From the NCBI RefSeq assembly GCF_004010195.1, contig NC_057746.1, positions 27,188,392 to 27,252,391 of the forward strand: DNA of 64,000 bases, read 5' to 3'. Below, piece by piece: positions 1 through 12,976 of this stretch. The translations under genes and the position numbers were made by a program. The DNA comes from Chiloscyllium plagiosum (lineage: Eukaryota). Within the stretch, counting starts at the first letter, position 1, and the number at the start of each line of letters is the position of its first letter. The notes below the pieces were generated by a model. The model was not told the origin of the DNA. It saw only the letters and a program-made list of their open reading frames with translations, and made no database searches.

Positions 1-120
1 CACTTAAGAACAGATTCTTGCTGTTATCAGACTTATGAACGGACTTCTCATATATTAGAGTTGATGTTTCTCTGCACCTTCTCTGCAGCTGTACCACTAT
101 ATTCTGCACTCTGATCTATT

Positions 121-265
121 AGGAGAAAGTGAGGACTACAGATGCTGGAGATCAGAGCTTAAAAATGTGTTGCTGGAAAAGCGCAGCAGGTCAGGCAGCA
201 TCAAAGGAGAAGGAGAATCGAGAAGGAAACCTGAAGAAGGGCTTATGCCCGAAATGTCGATTCTG
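121..265. mobile_element. Penelope-terminus fragment
   Basis: aggagaaagtgaggact.cagatgctgg start (also at 44896 and, inverted, at 60310); ends in cctgaagaagggcttatgcccgaaatgtcga. Confidence 0.65.
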
Positions 266-540
266 ATCTATTACCCTGATGTACTTACGGAAGTATGATT
301 TGTCTGAATAGCACAGAAAACAACAGTTTTCACTGTATCTCAGTACGTGACAATAATAAATCAAATCAAAACAATTGCATGCTGTTTGCTGGTTACAGTA
401 TATCCACATCACAAGTTACCTCCACAAAGAATGATGATAAATTGATTAAACTTGGTTTAACAAAATCATATTGACTTTTCCTGATCACCTTGAATTTATT
501 GAAGTGTCCCATTCTTAGTTCCTTAATAATAGTGTCTAAA

Positions 541-872
541 GGGCAGCACTGGGCACAGTGATTAGCACTGCTGCTTCACAGTGCCAGGGACCCAGGTTCA
601 ATTCCAGCTTTGGGTCTGTAGGGAGACTGTCTATTTGTGTGGAGTTTGCATGTTGTCTCCATGTCTGCGCGGGTTTCCAAAGATGTGCAGGTTGGGGGAT
701 TGAACATGCTTAATTGTCTGTAGTGTCCAGGAATGCAGGCTAGGTGGACGAGCCATGGTAAATGTGGGGTTACAGGGCAAGACGAGGGGACTGGGTTTGG
801 GTAGGACACTGGAAGGAGGATCAGTACAGAATTGAGGAGCCAAATGGCCTCTAGCTGCACTGTAGGGATTCT
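541..872 (+). mobile_element. HE1-type SINE, older copy
   Basis: tRNA-like head, V-domain and CR1-like tail. Confidence 0.8.
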
Positions 873-1040
873 ATTACTGCAGTCCTTATTACTCCTCTAT
901 ATTGAGTGGTTTTCTGTGCAATGATGCCATGGTCACTTAGCTCATCCAGTCTGCAGCCTTCATTTTCACCTAGATAAACTGAAAGAACCTTGATTACCAT
1001 AGCTCTCCAGCTCAGTCTGAGAGAGCTCTGTGCACCGTAC

Positions 1041-1193
1041 CTGACTAAAGCCACCTTTCAGTATTGATTTCCTCGCTCTGTGCACCTCCTGATTCTCATC
1101 TTGACCCAGTACTGCAAGGTCTGGCTCCGTCGTCACACCAGGGATCTGGCCTGCCTGTTCCATGTGCAAGGTCCCCAGCTCCATAGACAACCT
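1041..1193 (-). CDS. EHMT2: EHMT2 candidate coding exon 5 with second VHRARKS motif; gene continues beyond the window
   Basis: Acceptor ctgtttttacgcag, donor CAG|GTACGG, 153 nt, phase 0-0, open frame RLSMELG...EVHRARKSILKGGFSQ. Confidence 0.75.
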
Positions 1194-1314
1194 CTGCGTA
1201 AAAACAGCAGGATTATTTTAGTTTTGAGGTGATTGAGAGTGTGCGAATCACAATACTGTGATAGTGAAGATATTTCAACCAAATGTCCGCAGAGTTTGAA
1301 ACTCAAATCTTTTT

Positions 1315-1620
1315 ACAGTCATGGAGTCAGACAGCACGGGAACCGACCTTTCGGTTGAACCACTCCATGCCACCCATAATCCCAAACTAAACTAGCCCTA
1401 CGTACCTGCACTTAGTCTACATTTCTCCAAACATTTCTTATTCATGTACTTATCCAAATGCCTTTTAAATGTTGTAGCTATACCCACATCCACCACTTTC
1501 TCTGGAAGTTCATTCCACACATGACCCACCCTCTCTTCTAAAAAAAATGTGCCGCTCATGTCTTTTTTAAAATCTTTCTCCTCTCACCTTTAAAACACAC
1601 TCCATATTCTTGAAACCACC
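1315..1620 (-). mobile_element. CR1 LINE 3' end fragment
   Basis: Same 3' UTR pattern as the copies at 5500 and 59630. Confidence 0.7.
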
Positions 1621-2887
1621 CCCTCTCCCCCCCACAAATGTCAGTCTACATCTTCCTGAACTTATCCCTCCCCTCCTCATGTAACTCAAGTGTTTTCACT
1701 GAAGTCTTCTCCTTGTGGAGGACCTTTTACCACCTCTTTAAGCTAATGAAGCATTTTCCAAAGTACTGTCAACATCCTATTGTTGGACGCACAGCGGCCA
1801 AAGTGCCCACAGCCAGTCTCCACAAAAAAACAATGCAATAATGACCATCTAATCAGTTTCTGAGATATCGACTAAGGATAACTCTCTCGGCTTTTCTATC
1901 AAACTGGTTCTGCCGGATTTTTCGTATATAACATACACTGGCACAGCAAGATAGAGCCTCGATAGAATGGCTCGTCTGACAGAAACCACCTCCTTCAGTA
2001 CTGTACCAGAAGTGTCACACAAGATCCTGTGCTCCAAATGTAGCACTTTTGCCTCTGAGTCGCAAGGTCCCAGGTTTAACTTCCCATTCCTGGAGGTGAC
2101 CATTACTGAAACCCATTACTGAAACGGTTTGTGGAGGGACCAGTGACCTCCCAGCTCCCAATTCTTCCCTTGTTGTAGCCCAGCCGAGATAAGAGTCGCA
2201 GAGGTCTACAGCACATAAAGAGGCCATTTGGCCCACTGAGCTAACTATTCTAATCCCATCTGTCAGCATTCAGTCTGCCGCATTGAGATGTGCACTTGCC
2301 ATTGCAAGTGCATATCTCAATAATTCTTAAATGTTAAGAGGATTCCTGCCTCTACTATCCTTACAGGCAGTGATTTCCAAATTCCCACCACCCTCTGGGT
2401 GAAAAAGGTTTTCTCAAATCCTCTCTAAACCTCATGCCACTCACTTTACCTTAAATCAGCCTCTCACCCCTGCACTCCATCTTTCCTGGCTCCCCACCCC
2501 TCCCACTATCACTTTAATGCTGACCCCCTCAACACTTCACACCAGCTCTGATGAAGTCATCTAGACTCAAACTTTAGTTTGTTCTCTCTCCATGGATGCT
2601 GTCTGCAACACTGATTTCCAGCATTCTTTTGTTTTCAGTTCAGATTCCAACATCTGCAGTAAATTGCTCTTATATCTATGTCCCCTGGTCATTGATCCCT
2701 CCAGCAAGGGGGAAAAAGTTCCTTCTTTTACGCATCATTTTACACATCTCCATCATGTCCCCCGCTCAGTCTCCTCCAGACACAGCATTCAAGGCCATTA
2801 TGTTTGCATACTCTCAGCCACTACGTGGCAACGGACTGAGCTCCGTGCCACTGCACAGGGAGTCAAGCCTCCCTGATCAGTACCTAC

Positions 2888-3147
2888 CTGACTGGCACTG
2901 GATCTGGATATCGACTTTCTTGCTTTGTGGACCTTGGGTTTCTCATCCGGAGTGGAGGTTGGTCTCTGCACCTCGACAGGAACTGGCGCCACCTCGTTCC
3001 CCGCCCGCCCCGTTGGCACGCTGAGCAGCTTCATTGCAAGGCTCTGAATGGAGTTCGGCGACTTGTTGATTCCGGTTAGTGTCATCTTCGCTCTGTTTGC
3101 ACCCAAAGCCTTGGTGGGGGAGGTGGGGAATGTCTTAGCAGCGTGGC
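2888..3147 (-). CDS. EHMT2: EHMT2 coding exon 4 with automethylation/histone-mimic motif
   Basis: Acceptor ttccttcctcag, donor CAG|GTAGGT. Encodes GHAAKTFPTSP..RAKMTLTG..KSPNSIQSLAMKLLS..PKVHKARKS, matching G9a GHATKSFPSSP..RAKMSMTG..KSPPSVQSLAMRLLS..PKVHRARKT as recalled. Confidence 0.92.
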
Positions 3148-3679
3148 CTGAGGAAGGAAATAAATCATCACAATATCGGAACAGCATGGGTGCAGGTCAC
3201 TCAGCCAATCGTTTTTGTGCTGGCTCGTCCGAAGAGCTGTCCTGTTCGTCCCTATCCCCTGCTCTTTCCCTTATCCAAACAATTTCATTTGTCACACATC
3301 AAAGCATTATCCCAAATCTCTTTCGAAAGGTACTAGTCACTTTACCTCCACCACCCTTTCAACCACAACATCTTGCATTTGCCCAGAGCCATCAATGCAG
3401 TGAAACATCCCAAGGTGCTTACAAAGTAAAATTTTACGCTGAAGATGTAATGTAGCAGCTTGGTCAGAGAATGGTTTTAAGAGGTGTCTTGAAAAAGGAG
3501 AGATTTAGGGGCCAGGGAGCAAATGCCATGGTCACCGATGGTAAAGTGGCTAAAGACTGTACAACTGAAGGGCAGCATTGAAGATCACAAGTTCTTCTAA
3601 ACCATGACAACCTGCTCCATAAAAGAAACATGGTTTCCCTCCGTCTGTCTTGTCCCTTTGCCAATAATCTTAAATCAGT

Positions 3680-4190
3680 TGCCTTTAGGTGTTCAGGTAC
3701 ATAGCTCTTTGAAAGTTGCAGCACAGGCAGACAGAGCGATTAACAAGACATTTAGCACACTAGCCTTCATTACTCAAAATATTTACCAGGATGTTTCTGG
3801 GTTTGGAGGGTTTATGTTTTAAGGATAGGCTGGAACCTTTTTTCACTGGAGCAGAAGAGGTTGGGGGGGTGGGGGTCCTGAAATAAAATCATAAGAAGCA
3901 TGGATAAGATGAATAGCCAAGGTTTTTTCCTCCAAGAGTGGGTGACTTCAAAACTAGGGTGCATATTTTTAAAAGGTGAGAGGAGAAAGACTAAAAGGGA
4001 CCTGAGGAGCAAGTTTTTCAGAGAGGGTGGCTCATGTGTGGAATGAACTGCCAGAGGAAGTAGAAGGTGCCTGTACAGTCACATCATTTAAAAGATATTC
4101 AATAGGTACATGAATTGGAAAGGTTTAGAAGGACATGGGCCAAATGCAGGCAAGTGGGACGGGTTTAGTTTAGGAAACTGGTTAGCATGG
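3680..4190 (+). mobile_element. CR1 LINE 3' fragment
   Basis: Similar to the ORF2 C-terminus and 3' UTR of other copies (gtgtggaatgaactgccagagg). Confidence 0.75.
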
Positions 4191-4194
4191 CCTA

Positions 4195-5310
4195 AAATCA
4201 TAGAACTGTACATCATGGAAACCAACCCTTCAGTCTAACACATCCATACCGACCAGATATCCTAAATTAATCGTCTCCTTTGCCCACATTTAATTCATAT
4301 CCCTCTAAACCTTCCTTTTCATATACCCATCCAGATGTCTCTCTTGCCCCCCTTTCTATCCTTCCTATACAATCCATACCCTAGAACATTAAGCTGCCAG
4401 TCTTGTCCATCCCTGAGCCACGTCTCTGTAACTGCGATGATATCCCAGTGTTATCCGAGTTCATCTGACTTCCCTATTAGGCCTCTTGCATTGAAATAAA
4501 TGCAGTTTAAATTTATTAATCCTACCTTGTTCTCTGTTTTGTTCCTGCATGCCCATCAGTCTCAGGCTGATCTTTTTTCTCATTAGGTCCCATTGATTCT
4601 CCTCTTACTCATTTAAATCCTCCAGAGAATCTCTAGCAAATCTCCTCATTAATATATTCGTCCCCTTCCAAATCAGGTACAATCTGTCATTTTTACCATA
4701 GAAAGGATTCCAATTATCCAAAAATGTGAATCCTTCTCCCGTGCACCAGCTTCTCAGCCACACATTCATCTGTTCTTTCTTCCTATGCCTACTCTCACTA
4801 GCTTGTGGCATTGGGAGTAACCCAGATATTACTACTCTCGAGGACCTGCCTTACTCGTATGTTCTTGCCACAGAAACTTTTCTCTTCCTACGTCATTAGT
4901 TTTAGTGTGTACAATGAGATCCTGCTTGTCCGTCTCCCCTTTAAGATTATTTTGTACCCTCTCTGAGACATCCTTGATCCTGGAATTAGGGAAGCAACAC
5001 ACCATTCTGCCGTCTTGTTGTCAGCTGTGTTCTCATTTGTCTGTGCCTCTGACGAGAGTCGCCTATCATCGCTTAGAACCTGACAAACCCCTTGTTACAT
5101 TACCCCTTGTTACAAAACTGACTGTTAGTGCTACATTTCCCCTGACAGTCTATCAGCCCCCATATTTTCCAAAACAGCGTACTTGCTTGAAATGGGAATA
5201 GCACCACCTGCCTATCGCTCCTGCAACTGCCACCTATCACACTGCCAGCTCCTCTACATTCCTCACTGCCTCTAGCTGTCACTTCAACCTATCCATGTGA
5301 TCCAAGAGGA
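4195..5310 (-). mobile_element. CR1 fragment joining the 3' end to the endonuclease/ORF1 region
   Basis: 4195-4340 resembles the CR1 3' end at 5510-5655. 4340-5310 resembles 8150-9290 and includes the ORF1 esterase-like WLRSWCTGEGFTFLDNW. Confidence 0.75.
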
Positions 5311-5499
5311 CTTGCAAGTTTCTTACTATTTAGTGCAACAAAACGTGCACCCTCTGACACGTTCCATCCCTACCAAAGATCTGCTGTCCAACATGTAACT
5401 CAGCTAAAAAGTGATCGTGCTAGCGCTGAAGTGTAGTGCTAGCTGGCCAGAGACAGGTGCTAACAAGGGAGTAGGAGTGGAAGAGGTGAGAGGCTGTTA

Positions 5500-8400
5500 G
5501 AGTTTAGAGTCATGGAGATGTATAGCACGGAAACAGACCCTTCGGTCCAACTTGTCCATGCCAACCAGATATCCTAACCTAATCTAGTCCCATTTGCCAG
5601 CACCTGGCCCATATCCCTCTAAACCCTTCCTATTCATATACCCATCCAGATGCCTTTTAAATGCTATCATTGTACCAGTCTCCACCACTGCCTCTGGTAG
5701 CTTATTCTATACACGCACCATACTCTGTGAGAAAAAGTTGCGACTTAGGTCCCTTTTAAATTTTTCTGCGCTCACCCTAAACCTATGCCCTCTGGTTCTG
5801 GACTCCTCCTCCCCACGGAAAAGACCTTGTCTACTTATCTTATCCGTGCCTCTCATGATTTTGTAAACCTCTATAAGGTCAACCCTCAGCCTCTGACTCT
5901 CCAGGGAAAATAGCACCAGCCTATTCAGCCTCTCCCTATAGCTCAAATCCGCCAACCCTGGCAACATCCTTGTAAATCTTTTCTGAACCCTTTCAAGTTT
6001 CACAACATCTTTCCGATAGGAAGGAGACCAGAATTGCACACAATATTCCAAAAGTGGCCTAACCAATGTCCTGTATCTCTGCAACATGACCTCGCAACTC
6101 CAATAAAGGAAAACATACCAAACACCTCCTTCACTATACTATCTACCTGCGATTATGAACCTGCACTCCAAGGTCTCTGTTCAGCAACACTCCACAGGAC
6201 CTTACCGTTAAGCGTACAAGTCCTGCTAAGATTTGGTTTTCCAAAATGCACCACCTCGCATGTATCTAAATTAAATTCCATCTGCCACTCCTCAGCCCAT
6301 TGGCCCATCTGATCAAGATCCCATTGTACTCTGAGGTAACGTTCTTCGCTGTTGGCTTCACCTCCAATTTTGGTGTCACCTGGAAACTTATTAAACTATA
6401 CCTCCTATGTTCATAACTAAACTATTTATATAAATGACGAAAAGCAGAGGACTGAGCACCAATCCTTGTGGCGCACCACCGGTCACAGAGCTCCAGTCGG
6501 AAAAAACAACCCTCCATCATCATCCTCTGTCTTCTACCTTCAAGACAGTTCTGTACCCAAACGGCTAGTTCGCCCTATATTCCATGTTATCTAACCTTGC
6601 TCCCATGAGGAACCTTGTCAAACACCTTATTGAAGTCCATACAGATCACGTCTACTGCTCTGCCTTCATCAATTCTCTTTGCTACTTCTTCTAAAAACTC
6701 AATCAAGGTCGTGAGACATAATTTCCCATGTACAAAGCCATGTTGACTATCCCTGATCAACCCTTACCTTTCCAAATACATATAAATCCTGTCCTTCAGG
6801 ATTCCCTCCAACAACTTGACCACCACTGATGTCAGGCTCACCAGTCTATAGTTCCTTGGCTTGTCCTTACCATCTTCCTTAAATAGTGCCACCATGCTCG
6901 CCAACCTCCAGTCTTCCGGCACCTCATCTGTGATTATCGATTACACAAATATCCAAGCAAGGGGCCAGCAATTACTTCTCTAGCTTCCCACAGAGTTCTA
7001 GGGTATACCTGATCACGTCCTGGGGACTTCTCCACTTTTATGCATTTCAAGCACCTCCTCCTCTGTAATACAGGCATTTTTCAAGATGTCACCATTTACC
7101 TCCCACATTCTATAATCTTCCATGTTCTTCTCCACAGTAAACATGGATGCAAAATACTTGCTTAGTATCTCCCCCATTTCCTGCAGCTCTACACATAGGC
7201 TGCCTTGCTGATCTTTGAGGGGCCCTATTCTATCCGTACTTACCCTCTTGTCTTTAGGGTATTTATGAAATCCATTTGGATTCTCCTTAATCCTATTTGC
7301 CAAAGCTATCTCATTCTCTTTTTGCCTTCCTAATTTCCTTCTTCAGTATATTTCTACTGTCTTTATACTCTAAGGATTCACTCGATCTCTGCTGTCTATA
7401 CCTGACAAATGCTTCCTCCTTTTTCTTAACCAAACCCCCAATTTCTCTCATCATCCAGCATTCCCTATATCTACCAGCCTTTCCTTTCACCCTCACTGGA
7501 ATATACTGTCTCTGGATTCTCATTATCTCAGTTCTGAAGGCTTCCCATTTTCCAGCCATCCCTTTACCTGCTAACATCTGTCCCCAATCAGCTTTCGAAA
7601 GTTCTTGCTGAATACCATCAAAATTGGCCTTTCTCCAATTTCGAACTTCAACTTTTAGATCTGGTCTATCCTTTTCTATCCTTTTCCATCACTATTTTAA
7701 ATCTCATAGAATTATGGTCGCTGGCCCCAAAGTGCTCCCCCAATGACATCTCAGTCACCTGTCCTGCCTTATTTCCCAAGAGTAGGTCAAGTTTTGCACC
7801 TTCTCTCGTAGGTACATCCACATACCAAATCAGAACATTTTCTTATACACATTTAACAAATTCCTCCCCATCTAAACCCTTAACATTAATGGCAGTCCTA
7901 GTCTATGTTTGAAAAGTTAAAATCCCGTACCATAACCACCCTATTATTCTTACAGATAATTGAAATCTCCTTACAAATTTGTTTCTCAATTTCCAGCCAT
8001 CTATTAGGGGTCTATAATACAATCCCAATTAGGTGATCATCCCTTTCTTATTTCTCAGTTCCAACCAAATATCTTCCCTGGATGCATTCCCAGGAATATC
8101 CTCCTTAAGAACAATAAAAATCCCTTATCAGAAACACCACTCGCCCTCCTTTCTTGCCCCACATTCTATCATTCCTGTAGCATTTGTATCCTGGAACATT
8201 AAGCTGCCAGTCCTGTCATTCCCTGAACCACAAATCTGTAATTGCTATGATATCCCAGTTGCATGTTCCTAACCGTGTCCTGGGTTCATTTGCCTTCCCT
8301 GTTAGGCATCTTGCACTGAAATAAATGCAGATTAATTTATCAGTCCTACCTTGTTCTCTGCTTTGTTACTATCTGCCCTGACTGTTTCACTTGTTCCTTT

Positions 8401-9400
8401 TCCCAACTGTACCAGTCTCAGATTGCTCTCTTTCCTCACCATCTCCCTGGGTCCCATCCCCTCCACCTTACCAGTTTAAAATCCTCCCGAGCAGCTTGAG
8501 CAAATCTCCCATGTCAGTATATTAGTCCCCTTCTAAATTCAGGTGCAATCTGTCCTTCTTATATAGGTCACTTCTACCCCAGAAGAAATTCCAATGATCT
8601 ACAAATTTGAACCTTTCTTCCCTGCACCAGCTCCTATGCCATGCATTCAACTGCTCTATCCTCTTATTTCTACCTTCACTATCTCGTAACACCAGGAGTA
8701 ATCAGATAGTACTACCCTTGAGGACCTCCTTTTTAAATTCCTGCCTAACTTTCTATATTCTCCCTTCAGAATGTCATCCTTGTCCTTCCTAAATTGCTAA
8801 TTCCAATGTGTACAATGACCTCATGCTGGTCCCTCTCCCCTTCGAGAACATATTGCACGGTCTCCTGGCTATCCTTGATTCTGGCACCAGGGAGGCAACA
8901 CATATTTCTGATTTTTTTGTTGCTGGTCGCAGAAACGTCTGTCTGTGCCTCTGACTACAGAGCCCTCTATCACAATTGATCGCTTGGAATGCAATGTACT
9001 CTCATTACGTTAGAGCCAGTCTTGATAAGAGAAACTTCACTGTTCGTGCTACTTGCCCCCGAGAATCCTACATTTTCCAAAAACAGCATACTTGTTTGAA
9101 ATGGGGATAGTCACAGAAGATTCCTGCACTACCTGCCTACCCCTCCCACCTTTCCTGGAGTTCAGCTTTATCTGCAGCTTTCCCCCCCTTCCTATAACTG
9201 CCATGCATCACACCCCCTGGCTCTTGTAAATTCCTCATTGCCTGTAACTGCTGTTCCAACCAATTGGTGCGATCTGCTAGGATTTGCAACCAAAGACACT
9301 TCCTGCTGACATAATCATCAGTAACATGGAAACTCTACCTAAACTCCCATATCCGACATATCACTCTACTAAAGGCCATCTTTGCTACTTCACAATCTAC
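5500..9400 (-). mobile_element. Long decayed CR1 LINE (ORF2 RT/endonuclease and ORF1 remnants)
   Basis: ORF fragments YRTLVRPLLEYCVQFWSP..LERVQKRFTRMLPG and IKENPNGF..RIGPLKD; CR1 3' end at about 5500; many frameshifts. Confidence 0.9.
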
Positions 9401-10090
9401 ACACCCAGAAAATAGAGTGGTCTTTTTACTCCAAACAACAGAGTCCCAGGCTAACTTAGTACTTAGGGTATTTATTTTTAAAATTTAACCAAGGCACAGA
9501 TCTCAGTAAAACATATAATAAAAAAGAACCCATTCTACTCACTACTGTGGACTTGCAGCAAAGTTTACATGTTTAAAAAAAAATGCACTTTTCTGTTCCT
9601 GTGCTGTCAGCTCTCCTACACAGGATCCTGCAAGGTCAGCTATGAATTTTGTTGTTTGTTATTTTTTCTGGATGCACTCCAATGTCCACAGATACATGAA
9701 CTCAAACAGCAAAAGCCGTAACTGTGCAGATTCTCTGCTGTGTCAGTTAGCAGTGTCGGTTTCTTTCTCTCTCTCTCCCTCACTGACCATGTGGTCGCTG
9801 CCTTTTGTCTGTCTTCGTCCTTTCAAAAGCGTCGTTGTTTTAATCTATTTTCTCCCAAAGTTCCAAAACAATGCAACAGCACATAAAACAGTAATTGCTG
9901 CTCCTGGAATTTGAGGAAATCCCTCCAATACCTAAAATACTTCAAAAATGGATCAGCTCTGACAGCTACAGTTTCTTTTTCTCATCCGCCAACTTGGATT
10001 ACCCAGAATTCTCAGGTAGGACCAAAGGGTCTGTTTTCGTGCTCTATGACTCACCATCAGGGAGGGAGGGCAAATGTGTACGGGGTTTAC

Positions 10091-10420
10091 CTGCAAGACC
10101 TTTGGCAGAAGGAGCTCCAGTTTGAGAAACTGGGCGACTAGCAGCCACAGCATCAGGTGAAGGGCACTCTGAGGCCAGGAAGGGCTCGCTCGATTTGCAC
10201 TGCTGCTCACTGCTTCCCGACTCTTCCCCTAACAGGCCCGGCACCACCACAGTCTCAGGATCGGGGGTCTTCACCACAATCTCTTGGCTGGTCCCAGGGC
10301 CTGGCAGCTCCCTGCTGTTGTTCTGCAAAGTGATGTTACCCATTGTGTTTCCGCTGCCTGCCACAGGATTTGGCACCTGCCCCGTTTTCTCAGTGGACAA
10401 CCCTGGCTCGTCGTCGATCC
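10091..10420 (-). CDS. EHMT2: EHMT2 coding exon 3 (low-complexity N-terminal region)
   Basis: Acceptor ttttattttgcag, donor CAG|GTAAAC, 330 nt open frame (IDDEPGLSTEK...SAKGLA), phase 1 to 1. Confidence 0.75.
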
Positions 10421-11838
10421 CTGCAAAATAAAAACCACATGATGTCTATTTCCCAGGGTACATTCCTCTCATCGCATGCTCAACTGTGTCACAGAGCTTG
10501 AGAACATCCAAGGTGTACATCCTGGTTCTACAGACAATCCCCAAGTCATGAATGACTTCCGTTCTGGAGTATGCTCATAAGTCAATTTGTACGCAAGTCT
10601 GAACACAATACAAGATAAAATAACCCTTCATAAGTATGAGAAAATCTTTGTGCATTGGCTTTTTAAAATTAATATTAATATCGGATCTCGTTCACAACTA
10701 TGAGCATTCATTAATCGGGGAACGTCTGGATAAGAAAGCACTGCTGATCAGCTAAATGCACATCAACAAGTTTCGTGATCTTCTTTCAATTTCAGATTTA
10801 TTAATGGTTGGTATTTCAACCACTGTTCCTAGGGTACCTTCCTGGGCAGTTGGATTGCCAGCCTGCACTGACACAGCACCATTACTGAATTGTTCAAAAG
10901 TGCAAAAGGTGTCAAAGGGTATGGGGAGAAAGCAGAAACAGGGCACTGATTTGGACAATTAGCCATGAGTATAGTCAATGGCAGAGCAGACTCGAAGGGC
11001 CAAATGGCCTACTCCTATTCCTATTTTCTTCTAATTACAAAACATTAGAAAGCATTTACAAGTCAAAGAGGCTGGTCAGCCTAACTGGTTTGTGCAGCTG
11101 TTCATGTTCCACACAAGATTCCTTCCACACTAATTAATCTCATTCCATCAATATATCTATCAATTCCTTTCTCCCTCAAGTGTTTATCCCACTTCTCTTT
11201 AAATGCATACTATGCACCTCAACCAATCCCTACAGTTGTGCGTTGCACACTCAGCCCACGCTGTAGGTTCTCCTGAATTGACTAGTGGATTTATTAGTGA
11301 CTAGCTTACACTTATGTCTCCTAGTTTTCGTCTTCTCCGTACGTGGAAACTATCTTCCCAAATCTACCCAGATGAACATTTCCATAGTTTTAAAGCCCTC
11401 CATCAGGTCATTCTTCCCTTTCTGTCCTGGACAACAGGCTTGTTCAATCCTTCCCAACCTTTCCATAGTATAACATCTCAGTTTATGTGTATGCTTGTCT
11501 ATTCATGAGTGACAGAAACATGGTTCCACAGCTTTTCAACAATATATAAAATAAAGATGACAAAAATGATCACAAAATACAAGGCCAGATGACAAAAAGC
11601 TTGGTAAATGATGCAGGCTTAAAGAATAAAAGACAAGGAGAAAGGAAATTTGAGTGTGTTAGGAGGGCAGTTCCAGAGCTCAGGCCTGGGCAGCTAAAGG
11701 CATAACCACTAATAATGCAGCAATTATAATTAGAGGAGGCAGAGATGGAGCAGCCAGTTTGAACTTCTGGCTGAAGATGAGTGCAAATGCTTCAGCTTTA
11801 TCTTTTGCACTGATGCACTTTCCCAACACTGAACACAT

Positions 11839-12168
11839 AGGCAGCATAGCGGTTCAGCAATTCGCACCAATGCTGCACAGTGCCAGGATCCGGGTTCGAT
11901 TCCAACTTCGGGCAACTGCCTGCGTGGAGTTTGCACATTCTCCCGGTGTCTGTATGGGTTTCCTCCGGGTGCTCTGGTTTCTTGCCATAGTCCAGAGATG
12001 TGTAGGTTAGGTGGACTGGCCATGCAAATTGCTCAGTGTCCAAGAATGTGCAGGCTAGGGATCAGCCATGGGAATTGTGGGGTTACAGGGATAGAGTAGG
12101 GTCTGGGTGGGTTGGGACTCGGTGGGCTGAATAGCATGCTTCCACACTATCAGGATCCTATGATTCTA
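11839..12168 (+). mobile_element. HE1-type SINE
   Basis: B box GGTTCGATTCC, V-domain, tail. Confidence 0.8.
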
Positions 12169-12891
12169 AGGTGGGGATATTTGTGGAACTTCCTCATCCT
12201 GAAAGTCATTAATTGTCTGCTACAATTCTTAACGAGATATGGCAGGACTGGAGATTTCAGATCTGATTCCATTTGTTGTAGGTTCACTTAGCTGCCTTTC
12301 ACATGTTGCTTCTGCTTTTTAGCAGTCCCTTGCTCCTGCCTTTGAATCTCCCCACTTCCTTTCTCACTAGACCTCATCCCTTCCACAGACCTCCCACCTT
12401 CATTCTCTCCTCAGACTGACCAGAGCACCACTCGCTACTCTCACCACATTCCTTAGACCTCACTCCTACCTCAGATCCCTGCCCCCAAAGCCTGTCATCC
12501 CAACCTTATCTGAAAAGGCACAGCTACTGACTGAAGAAACCACATCAACAGCATGACCCAAACCTAGGTCTCTCTCCTGCTACTTGACATTAGATAGGTT
12601 GCCGCCGCATGCAGAGTCACCCAGCTTCCATCCAATCTCACTGACTTTTCATTTTCCCATATTAAATCACATCCGCTATCTATCTCTCAGCCCTTTGACC
12701 TGACTAGGAAGAGAACAAAAGGTCCCAAGACATCACTCAGAAAGGAGTTCTCTCCTTACCATTGTACTGGCCAGCGACCCTAACCACCATGAGGACCCCC
12801 AAAAGCAAATTATTGTGTCCTCCCTCTCTCTGCCGTATTGCTGTGTCCTTTGCTGACAGAACAACAGTTCGTTTTGAATCCATAATCTTAC

Positions 12892-12976
12892 CTTGGACGA
12901 GTTCACAGCTGGGGCTTGTGTCCAGCACCAGGAGCTCTGGTTCTACTGCAGCTTCAACCGGGCTGTTAGCCACAAC
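12892..12976 (-). CDS. EHMT2: EHMT2 coding exon 2 (VVANSPVEAAVEPELLVLDTSPSCELVQ-G)
   Basis: Acceptor tttccttttcacag, donor G|GTAAGA, 85 nt, phase 0 to 1, which fits exons 1 and 3. The peptide is divergent, so the assignment rests on splice phase. Confidence 0.7.

Noticed and set aside
3148-3187. ORF-track start MLFRYCDD for the G9a-like peptide
   Set aside because: Intronic: there is an acceptor at 3148-3149 and an in-frame stop at 3197-3199.
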